From Solirubrobacteraceae bacterium (GTDB lineage: Bacteria > Actinomycetota > Thermoleophilia > Solirubrobacterales > Solirubrobacteraceae), in assembly GCA_036506755.1 (NCBI GenBank), contig DASXRF010000189.1:1-36455 (forward strand): a stretch of DNA of 36,455 bases. Reading direction: 5' to 3'. Made by a program: the position numbers and the translations under genes. Positions 16,932-23,807 of this stretch are shown here, one piece after another. The notes under the pieces are model-generated. The model had not been told where the DNA came from, ran no database searches, and worked only from the letters and a program-made list of their open reading frames with translations. Every line of letters begins with the position of its first letter. The first letter of the stretch is position 1.

Positions 16932-17876
16932 ATGAAGCTGCTGTCCCACTGGTCCGACGGATCCGCCGTCGACGCCGTCCTGCTCGTCCGCGACGTCGAG
17001 CGGCGCCACAAGCGCGACGGCTCGCCGTTCCTGCGTTTCACCCTCGCCGACCGGTCGGGCAGCGTGCCCGCGGTGCTCTGGGATGCGGGCGGATCGCCGG
17101 CGGTCGAGCGCGGCGACGCCGTGCGGGTGGCCGGGCGCCTCGACGAGCACCCGCGCTACGGGCGCCAGGTGACGATCGACGCGCTGTCGCGGCCGGCCGC
17201 GGAGGCGGTCCCGTGGGCCGAGCTCCTCGACGGCCCGGCGCGGCCGGTCAGCGAGCTGTGCGAGGACCTCGAGCGGCTCATCGCCTCGATGCAAGACCCG
17301 CACCTCTCGCTGCTCCTCGCCGCGCTGCTCGATCCGGACACCCCGACGGGCCTCGCCTACCGATGCGCGCCGGCGGCCAAGTTCAACCACCACGCGTACG
17401 CGAGCGGGCTGCTCGAGCACAGCGTCGGCGTCGCCCAGCTCGTCAGCGCGGCGGCCGTCATGTTCGGCGGCATCGACCGCGACCTGGCGGTCTGTGGCGC
17501 GCTGCTGCACGACATCGGCAAGCTCGAGGCCTACGCGTCCGACAACGGCTGCGCCGACCTGACCGACGCCGGCAAGCTCGAGGGCGAGATCCCGCTCGGC
17601 TACTACCGCGTGCGCCGCGAGATCGAGGCGATCGCCGGCTTCCCGGCCGACCTGGCCCGGGCGCTGCTGCACGTCATCCTCGCCCACCACGGCTGCCTCG
17701 AGCACGGGAGCCCGGTCGCCCCCGGGACGCGCGAGGCCGCGCTCGTCCACGCGATCGACAACCTCAGCGGCCAGCTCGGCGCCTTCGACCGCCTCGAGAA
17801 GGCGACGGCGCCCGGCGAGCGCTGGTCGCGCTACGACCGCGTGCTCGGCGGCGCCGCGTTCTTCGCGGGCCGCTGA
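16932..17876 (+). CDS. OB-fold + HD-domain protein, YhaM-like 3'-5' exoribonuclease family
   Basis: N-terminal OB-type segment (VLLVRDVERRHKRDGSPFLRFTLADRSGSVPAVLWD). HD domain motifs (NHHAYASGLLEHSVGV, GALLHDIGK, ILAHHG). Confidence 0.8.
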   Translation: MKLLSHWSDGSAVDAVLLVRDVERRHKRDGSPFLRFTLADRSGSVPAVLWDAGGSPAVERGDAVRVAGRLDEHPRYGRQVTIDALSRPAAEAVPWAELLDGPARPVSELCEDLERLIASMQDPHLSLLLAALLDPDTPTGLAYRCAPAAKFNHHAYASGLLEHSVGVAQLVSAAAVMFGGIDRDLAVCGALLHDIGKLEAYASDNGCADLTDAGKLEGEIPLGYYRVRREIEAIAGFPADLARALLHVILAHHGCLEHGSPVAPGTREAALVHAIDNLSGQLGAFDRLEKATAPGERWSRYDRVLGGAAFFAGR

Positions 17877-18082
17877 TGGCGTTCGAAGAGGATCCGGTCA
17901 TGCGCCGGCTCGCGATCGAGTCCGCCGCGGCGAGGATGCCTGAGGAATTGCCCGCACCGGCTCCGTCTCGCAGCGAGCCGGGTGTGCCGGAGCCGGTCAA
18001 GCGCGTGTTGAAGATCGGCGTGGCGCTCGGGCTCATTCACGAGCTCACCGGGTGGTCGCCGCCGGGGCCGTTCGGCCGCTGA
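17876..18082 (+). CDS. Small hypothetical protein (68 aa), translationally coupled to the YhaM-like gene
   Basis: The ATG overlaps the upstream TGA (TGATG). Third-position G/C is high. Sequence: MAFEEDPVMRRLAIESAAARMPEELPAP...KIGVALGLIHELTGW. Confidence 0.45.
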   Translation: MAFEEDPVMRRLAIESAAARMPEELPAPAPSRSEPGVPEPVKRVLKIGVALGLIHELTGWSPPGPFGR

Positions 18083-18085
18083 CCG

Positions 18086-18580
18086 TCAGACCGTCGCCCT
18101 ACGCGTCCATCGCTCGACGAACGCGCGCTGCTCGGCGGTCTCCGGCGAGGTGAGGTCCGCGTCGGCGCAGCCGGACCGCAACTCGCGCAGTCGGCGCAGC
18201 GCGTCGGAGCCCGGGATGCCCTGCTCGACCAGCAGGCAGCCGACCACCGTGCCCGTCCGCCCGAGCCCGTAGCGGCAATGGACGTAGACGACGTCGCCGC
18301 TCGTCAGGTCGGCGAGGATCTCGCGCATCTCGTCGTCGCTCGGGACATCGAGGTCGTCGATCGGCCGCCTGACGTACCCGGCGCGAGGGTCGAGCTCGCG
18401 CAGCACGCCCTCGTAGCTGTCGCCATACGCGGTGAGGTCGACGAAGCGCCGGACTCCGGCGTCGAGCAGTCGCTGCAGGCCGCCTCGCAGCCCGGGCGGG
18501 AAGGCCTCGACCAGGTCGGGGTGCGGTCCGGCCAGGACGCTGTCGGCCACCGCCCAGTAGGTGTTGGCCGGGATCGACAC
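18086..18580 (-). CDS. CX5R protein tyrosine / dual-specificity phosphatase (164 aa)
   Basis: Active-site loop VYVHCRYGLGRTGTVVGC. GTG 18580 gives MSIPANTYWAVADSVLAGPHP. The long ORF-track extension to 18922 has poor codon bias. Confidence 0.8.
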   Translation of the reverse strand: MSIPANTYWAVADSVLAGPHPDLVEAFPPGLRGGLQRLLDAGVRRFVDLTAYGDSYEGVLRELDPRAGYVRRPIDDLDVPSDDEMREILADLTSGDVVYVHCRYGLGRTGTVVGCLLVEQGIPGSDALRRLRELRSGCADADLTSPETAEQRAFVERWTRRATV

Positions 18581-18600
18581 CGGCCGCCGATGGTAGGCGC

Positions 18601-18879
18601 TCAGCCGCGCCGCTCGAGCTCGCGCCGCAGCTCGCGAACCCTCGTCGCGCACGGCGAAGATCGCGGTGACGATCGCGTCGGCGGCCGCGGCGATGACCTC
18701 GGCGGATCCGTCGCGGCCACGGTTGGCGACGTCTCGGGGTAGGTCGGCGTCAGCTCGAGGACGTGTCCGACGAACGACACGAACCAGACGACGGCCAGGA
18801 TCACCAGCCCGACGAGGAGCAGGAGGAAGAAGATCGCCAGGCAACCGCCCGGCTCGTCGCCCCGGGAGTCGCGCGCCAT
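18601..18879 (-). CDS. Small membrane protein (92 aa as written). The coding signal appears to hop frames in the middle.
   Basis: ATG 18879: MARDSRGDEPGGCLAIFFLLLLVGLVILAVVWFVSFVGHVLEL (one TM helix). The middle part, PRSSPRPPTRSSPRSSP, looks off-frame. An alternative frame reads AEVIAAAADAIVTAIFAVRDEG with near-perfect GC3. Confidence 0.5.
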   Translation of the reverse strand: MARDSRGDEPGGCLAIFFLLLLVGLVILAVVWFVSFVGHVLELTPTYPETSPTVAATDPPRSSPRPPTRSSPRSSPCATRVRELRRELERRG

Positions 18880-18921
18880 CAAGTCCGTAGGTCGCACGCA
18901 GGCGTGGTGATCTGACAGACA

Positions 18922-18950
18922 TTGCTGGTCTAGACCAGTCGTGCTACCGT
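18922..18950 (+). promoter_or_regulatory. Putative promoter of the sugar-binding-protein operon: -35 TTGCTG, 17-nt spacer, -10 TACCGT
   Basis: Hexamers were read directly. The -10 fits the actinobacterial TAnnnT pattern. The promoter lies 48 nt upstream of ATG 18998, which has a GGAGGAG SD. Confidence 0.4.
18925..18938. promoter_or_regulatory. DasR/NagR-type operator (dre-like) palindrome CTGGTCTAGACCAG
   Basis: Perfect 14-bp palindrome containing the TGGTCTAGACCA core known for GntR/HutC amino-sugar regulators. It sits inside the putative promoter spacer. Confidence 0.6.
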
Positions 18951-18997
18951 CCCGCGCCGCGAGCCCACCAGAAGAAACTCGGAGGAGAGCCCGGGAC

Positions 18998-20083
18998 ATG
19001 CTTTCTCGCACGCCAGCAGTCGCGCTGATCGCAGCGCTGACCCTCACCCTCGCCGCCTGCGGCGGCTCGGACAACGAATCGAAGAGCGGCGGCGGCGGCA
19101 AGATCGCCCTGCTGCTGCCGGAGTCCAAGACGACGCGCTACGACCAACAGGACAAGCCCAACTTCATCGACAAGGTCCGGCAGCTCTGCTCGGGCTGCGA
19201 GGTCATCTACTCGAACGCCGACCAGGACGTCTCCAAGCAGCAGTCGCAGGCCGAGGCGGCGCTGACCGCAGGCGCGAAGGTGCTCGTGCTCGACGCGGTC
19301 GACGTCAAGGCGGCGGCCGCAATCGTCCGCCGCGCCAAGCAGTCCAACGTGCCCGTGATCAGCTACGGGCGCCTGGTCGCCGGCGCGCCGCTGGACTACT
19401 ACGTCTCGATCGACCCGTTCAAGGTCGGCCAGCAGCAGGCCAACAGCCTGGTCGACAAGCTCGGCGGCAAGGCCGGCGCGCGCGTGATCATGATCAACGG
19501 CTCGCCCACGGACTCGAACTCGGCGCCGTACAAGAACGGTGCGCTCAGCGTCTTCAAGAAGGAGGGCGTCAAGGTCGTCAAGAGCTACGACACGCCCGAC
19601 TGGAGCCCGGACAAGGCGCAGACCGAGATGGACCAGGCGATCAGCAGCCTGGGCAAGAACGGCTTCGACGCCGTCTACGTGGCCAACGACGGCATGGCGA
19701 CCGGGGCGATCGCCGCGATGAAGGGCGCGCGAATCGACCCGGCGAGCAAGCCGGTGACCGGGCAGGACGCCGAGCTGGCCGGGGTGCAGCGCGTGCTCGC
19801 CGGCGAGCAGCTCATGACGGTCTACCAGCCGATCCGCAAGATCGCCGAGACGGCGGCCGAGCTCGCGGTGCCGCTGGCCAAGGGCTCCAAGCCGTCCGCC
19901 GGCCTGACGCCGGCGAGCGTCGACAACGGCGCCGGCAAGGTGCCGTCCGCGCTGCTCGACACGATCGCCATCACCAAGGACAACGTGAAGAGCACGGTGG
20001 TCAAGGACGGCTTCCTGAAGAAGAGCGACATCTGCCGCGGCCGCTACCAGGACGCCTGCCAGTCGGCCGGGCTGGGCGCCTGA
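18998..20083 (+). CDS. Sugar ABC-transporter substrate-binding lipoprotein (PBP type I, XylF/ChvE-like)
   Basis: Lipobox LTLAACGG. Motifs: KIALLLPESKTTRYDQQD, VLVLDAVD, VPVISYGRL, YVANDGMATGAI. Confidence 0.85.
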   Translation: MLSRTPAVALIAALTLTLAACGGSDNESKSGGGGKIALLLPESKTTRYDQQDKPNFIDKVRQLCSGCEVIYSNADQDVSKQQSQAEAALTAGAKVLVLDAVDVKAAAAIVRRAKQSNVPVISYGRLVAGAPLDYYVSIDPFKVGQQQANSLVDKLGGKAGARVIMINGSPTDSNSAPYKNGALSVFKKEGVKVVKSYDTPDWSPDKAQTEMDQAISSLGKNGFDAVYVANDGMATGAIAAMKGARIDPASKPVTGQDAELAGVQRVLAGEQLMTVYQPIRKIAETAAELAVPLAKGSKPSAGLTPASVDNGAGKVPSALLDTIAITKDNVKSTVVKDGFLKKSDICRGRYQDACQSAGLGA

Positions 20084-20086
20084 GCC

Positions 20087-21100
20087 ATGGCGGCCGGGCG
20101 CCTCATGGCCGCCGAGATGGGCGACCAGCCGGACGTGCTCGCCCGGCTGGTCGCCCGGCGCAGCGAGATCGCGAACGCGGTCGGCGACCTCGTCCCCGAC
20201 GACCTCGCGGGCATCGTCATCGTCGCCCGCGGGTCGTCGGACTACGCCGCGGTCTACGGCCGCTACCAGCTCGAGCTCCGCTCGCGAAGGCCGGTCACGC
20301 TGGCGGCGCCCAGCCTCGTCACCCACTACGGGGCGCGCACGCGCTTCGACGACTGGCTGGCGGTCGCCGTCAGCCAGTCCGGCCGCACGCCCGAGATCAC
20401 GGAGGTGCTGGCCGCGATGGGCAGGGGCGGCGCGCGCACGCTGGCGATCACGAACGGCGCCGACAGCCCGCTGGCAAACGCGGCCGACTGGACGCTCGAG
20501 CTGCAGGCGGGCGAGGAGCGCGCGGTGCCGGCGACCAAGACGTTCACCGCCCAGCTCGCCGCGGTGGCGCTGCTCGCCGAGGCGCTGGGAGGGGATCCCT
20601 CGGACTGGACCGAAGCGGTCAGCGCGGTCCGCGACGTCCTCGCCGACGACGACAGACCGCATGCCGCGGCAAACCGCCTCGACGGCGCCGACCGGCTCGT
20701 CACGATCGGGCGCGGCCACCTCTTCGCGGTCGCGCTCGAGGTCGCGCTCAAGGCCCGCGAGACGACCGGGATCCTCGCCGAGGGCTGGTCGTCGTCGGAC
20801 TACCGCCACGGCCCGATCGCCGCGAGCGGCCACAGCGTCCCCGCGGTCGCCGTGCACGCTGCCGGGCCGACGCAGGACGACGTGCGCGAGCTCGTCGCCA
20901 CGCTGCGCGAACGGGGATCGCTGATCGTCGAGATCGCGGACGACCCGACCGCCGACCTGCCGATCCCGTCCGGGCTGCCCGAGGCGCTGGCCGTGCTGCC
21001 GGCCGCGGTGCGCGCGCAGCAGCTCGCGCTCGCGCTGTCGCTGAGCCGCGGCCTGGACCCGGACACGCCGGCCGGGCTGAGCAAGGTCACGGCCACCTAG
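20087..21100 (+). CDS. SIS-domain sugar-phosphate isomerase/deaminase (GlmS C-terminal-like; candidate glucosamine-6-P deaminase NagB-II/AgaS type)
   Basis: Motifs: IVIVARGSSDYAA, AVSQSGRTPE, LAITNGADSPLA, PATKTFTAQL. The gene lies between the binding protein and nagA. Confidence 0.7.
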   Translation: MAAGRLMAAEMGDQPDVLARLVARRSEIANAVGDLVPDDLAGIVIVARGSSDYAAVYGRYQLELRSRRPVTLAAPSLVTHYGARTRFDDWLAVAVSQSGRTPEITEVLAAMGRGGARTLAITNGADSPLANAADWTLELQAGEERAVPATKTFTAQLAAVALLAEALGGDPSDWTEAVSAVRDVLADDDRPHAAANRLDGADRLVTIGRGHLFAVALEVALKARETTGILAEGWSSSDYRHGPIAASGHSVPAVAVHAAGPTQDDVRELVATLRERGSLIVEIADDPTADLPIPSGLPEALAVLPAAVRAQQLALALSLSRGLDPDTPAGLSKVTAT

Positions 21101-21103
21101 TGG

Positions 21104-21129
21104 ACCCGTCCGCAAGTCCGACGGGTTTC
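21104..21129 (+). terminator. Weak hairpin after the SIS gene (ACCCGTC-9 nt-GACGGGT followed by TTT)
   Basis: 7-bp stem read directly. It sits in the 68-nt convergent gap between the SIS gene and nagA. Confidence 0.3.
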
Positions 21130-21168
21130 GGACGCCGCTGGCGGCCGCCTGACTTACCAACGGGCCCA

Positions 21169-22269
21169 CTAAGCCGCATGGCACTCCTCGCCCCCGACGA
21201 GCGTCCGCGCCACGTGCAGGCTCTCGTCGAGGACGGCGAGGTGCGCCGGCGTGCCCGGGCCGAGCCGTCCGAGGTCGGCGCGCTTCAGCAGCCGCGCGGG
21301 CGCGCGCGTGGCCGCGTGGACGGCCTCGCCGAGCTCGACGCCGAGCTGCACGAGGTTGCGGACCGCCTGGTCCATCGTCAGCACGGCGCCGGCCAGGCGC
21401 CCGTCGGCGAGCCGGGCCTGGCCGCCGTCGACGAGCACGGTGCGATCGCCGAGCCGGTAGCGCCCGGGACCGAGGCCGGTGGCCTCGATCGCGTCGGTGA
21501 CCAGGCAGAAGCGCTCGCCCGTCAGGCGGCACGCGGCGAGCGCGGCCTCCGGGGCGAGGTGGACGAGGTCGACGATCGCCATGACGGTGACGCCCCCGCG
21601 GACGAGCGCGACGCCGGCGAGCCCGGGATCGCGCGGGCTCCAGCGCCGCTGGGCGTTGTAGACGTGCGTGACCGCGCGGGCGCCGCGGTTGTAGGCGGCG
21701 TGCGCGGCGGCGGCGTCGGCGTCGGAGTGCCCGCAGGAGACGACGACCCCGCGCGCGGTCAGGCGCTCGACGAGCTCGAGCGCCCCCGGCAGCTCGGGGG
21801 CGAGCGTGACCATGGTGACCGGCCCGGCGTCGCACAGCCGCCCGGCGACCTCGACGTCGGGCGCCAGCAGATGGGCGGGGTCGTGCGCGCCGACCCAGCG
21901 CTCGCTGATGAAGGGTCCCTCGAGATGGACGCCGATCGGCCGCGGGCCGGCCAGGCCGTCGAGCGCGGCCACCTGTGCCAGCGCGGCCGCGTAGCGGTCG
22001 ACGGGCGACGTGATGAACGTCGGTTGGTAGGCGACCACGCCGGTCGCCGCGAGCGCCGCGCCCGCGCGCGCGTAGCCCTCCGCGTCGGCGGCGAGGAAGT
22101 CGACGCCGGCGAAGCCGTTGACGTGCGCGTCGACGAAGCCGGGCACGGCCAGCCCGGTGCGGCCGGCGGGCTGCAGGCCGACGGCGGCGACCGTCCCGTC
22201 GGCGACGCCGAGGTCGCCCTCCACGAGGTGGCCGTCCACCAGCGCCGCTTTGACTCCGAGCCGTCGCAT
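21169..22269 (-). CDS. nagA: N-acetylglucosamine-6-phosphate deacetylase
   Basis: Motifs: PGFVDAHVNGFAGVDF, VTLAPELPGALELV, VSCGHSDA, THVYNAQ. These are typical NagA amidohydrolase motifs. Confidence 0.88.
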   Translation of the reverse strand: MRRLGVKAALVDGHLVEGDLGVADGTVAAVGLQPAGRTGLAVPGFVDAHVNGFAGVDFLAADAEGYARAGAALAATGVVAYQPTFITSPVDRYAAALAQVAALDGLAGPRPIGVHLEGPFISERWVGAHDPAHLLAPDVEVAGRLCDAGPVTMVTLAPELPGALELVERLTARGVVVSCGHSDADAAAAHAAYNRGARAVTHVYNAQRRWSPRDPGLAGVALVRGGVTVMAIVDLVHLAPEAALAACRLTGERFCLVTDAIEATGLGPGRYRLGDRTVLVDGGQARLADGRLAGAVLTMDQAVRNLVQLGVELGEAVHAATRAPARLLKRADLGRLGPGTPAHLAVLDESLHVARTLVGGEECHAA

Positions 22270-22284
22270 CAGGTCTAGACCAGT
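22269..22284. promoter_or_regulatory. Second dre-like site TCAGGTCTAGACCAGT in the 35-nt nagA/GntR divergent gap
   Basis: It contains the 10-bp palindrome GGTCTAGACC and abuts the nagA start codon. Confidence 0.55.
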
Positions 22285-22304
22285 GGAAGACTACCCTCGG
22301 AGCC

Positions 22305-23066
22305 ATGGCTGACCGGCGGCTCGGCGGCGCGGCCGGGGACCTGCTGCCCGCACGGCTGAAGGCTCGCAGCCCCAAGGGCCAGGAGCTGCGCGAGATCCTG
22401 GAGACCCTGATCGCCTCGCTGGGCCCCGGCGCGCCGCTGCCCTCCGAGCGCGCGCTGGCCGAGCGCTACGGCGTCGCCCGGATGACCGTGCGCTCGATGC
22501 TCGATCGCCTGACCTCGGAGGGCCTGACCTACCGCGTCCACGGGCGCGGGACGTTCGTGGCCGAGCCCCGCGTCGCCCAGGCGATGTCGCTCAGCTCGTT
22601 CAGCGAGGACATGCTCGCGCGCGGCCTGCGCCCCGGCTCGACCGTCCTGCGTCAGGAGGTCATGCCCGCCGGCGGCGTCGTCGCCGCGCGCCTGCAGATC
22701 TCCCCGCGCGCGCGGGTGGTGCGCATCGACCGCGTGCGCACCGCCGACGGCGAGCCGCTGGCCCTCGAGCAGGCCTTCTTGCCCGCGGCGCGCTTCAAGG
22801 GCCTCGAGGGCGCCGACCTGGCGACGGGCTCGCTGTTCACGCTGCTGGAGACCCGCTGGGGCGTGCGGCTCGCCGCGGCCGACCAGCGCGTCGTCGCCGT
22901 GACCATCGACGGCGAGGAGGCCGAGCTGCTCGACGTCGCCCCCGGAGAGGCGGGCCTGCGGTTCTCCACGCTCGCCGAGGATGCCGGCGGGGACGTCGTC
23001 TTCTTCGCGACGTCCCTGTTCCGCGGCGACCGCTACGAGATCGACCTGCGCCAGCGCCGCGAGTGA
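22305..23066 (+). CDS. GntR/HutC-family transcriptional regulator with UTRA effector domain (DasR/NagR-like)
   Basis: wHTH segment LPSERALAERYGVARMTVRSMLDRLTSEGLTYRVHGRGTFV and a UTRA-like C-terminus. It is divergent from nagA, with dre-like palindromes nearby. Confidence 0.88.
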   Translation: MADRRLGGAAGDLLPARLKARSPKGQELREILETLIASLGPGAPLPSERALAERYGVARMTVRSMLDRLTSEGLTYRVHGRGTFVAEPRVAQAMSLSSFSEDMLARGLRPGSTVLRQEVMPAGGVVAARLQISPRARVVRIDRVRTADGEPLALEQAFLPAARFKGLEGADLATGSLFTLLETRWGVRLAAADQRVVAVTIDGEEAELLDVAPGEAGLRFSTLAEDAGGDVVFFATSLFRGDRYEIDLRQRRE

Positions 23067-23108
23067 GAGCGCTCCAGGCGCATCGGCGTCTTGCCGATAC
23101 GCCCGAAC

Positions 23109-23804
23109 ATGGTCCAGCTTCGCCTCGCCCTCGCCGGCGCCGTGCTCGCGCTTGCCTGCGCGACGGCGACGGTCCAGCCCGCGCACGCCAGCACCTGCGC
23201 CGACTACACGACCCAGGCCGCCGCGCAGAAGGCGCACGACACGCGCGACGCCGACGGCGACGGCCTCTTCTGCGAGGCGCTGCCCTGCCCGTGCCTGACG
23301 CCCGGAGCCCCGCCGCCCGCGCCCGCCGCCCCGCCCGCCGTCACGGCGCCCGCGACCACGGTCCTCGGCGTCTCACGCGCCCTCCACCCGGTGACCAAGC
23401 GCAGCGGCTGTCGCACCCGCGGGCCGCTCCCCGATCGGGCCTGCACGCCGGGCGCCCGCTTCACCCGCGTGACCCGCAGGCAGGTCTGCTGCCCGGGCTA
23501 CGCGAGGTCGGTCCGCAACGTGTCGTCGTCGACCAAGGACGCCGTCTACCGGGCGTACGGGCTCAGGAGGCACTTCGACGGCGCCAACGGCGAGGTCGAC
23601 CACCTCGTCTCGCTCGAGCTCGGCGGGTCGAACGCGCGCGCCAACCTCTTCCCCGAGGCCGCGGCCCCGCGCCCCGGCTCGCACGAGAAGGATCGCCTCG
23701 AGAACGCCCTGCACCGCGAGGTCTGCGACGGGCGCATCAGCCTGAAGCGCGCCCAGCGCCTGATCGCCGGCGACTGGGTTGCGGCGTACCGCGCGCGCTT
23801 CTGA
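23109..23804 (+). CDS. Secreted Excalibur-domain + HNH (His-Me finger) nuclease-like protein
   Basis: Signal peptide MVQLRLALAGAVLALACATATVQPAHA. Excalibur-type Ca-binding motif CADY...DADGDGLFCEALPC. HNH-like EVDHLVSLELGGSNARANLFPE...KDRLENALHREVCDG. Confidence 0.75.
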   Translation: MVQLRLALAGAVLALACATATVQPAHASTCADYTTQAAAQKAHDTRDADGDGLFCEALPCPCLTPGAPPPAPAAPPAVTAPATTVLGVSRALHPVTKRSGCRTRGPLPDRACTPGARFTRVTRRQVCCPGYARSVRNVSSSTKDAVYRAYGLRRHFDGANGEVDHLVSLELGGSNARANLFPEAAAPRPGSHEKDRLENALHREVCDGRISLKRAQRLIAGDWVAAYRARF

Positions 23805-23807
23805 CGC

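Noticed and set aside
23067-23108. Hairpin ATCGGC-GTCTT-GCCGAT after the GntR gene as a terminator.
   Set aside because: The stem is only 6 bp, there is no T-tract, and it sits about 10 nt upstream of the next gene's ATG. That is too weak to call.
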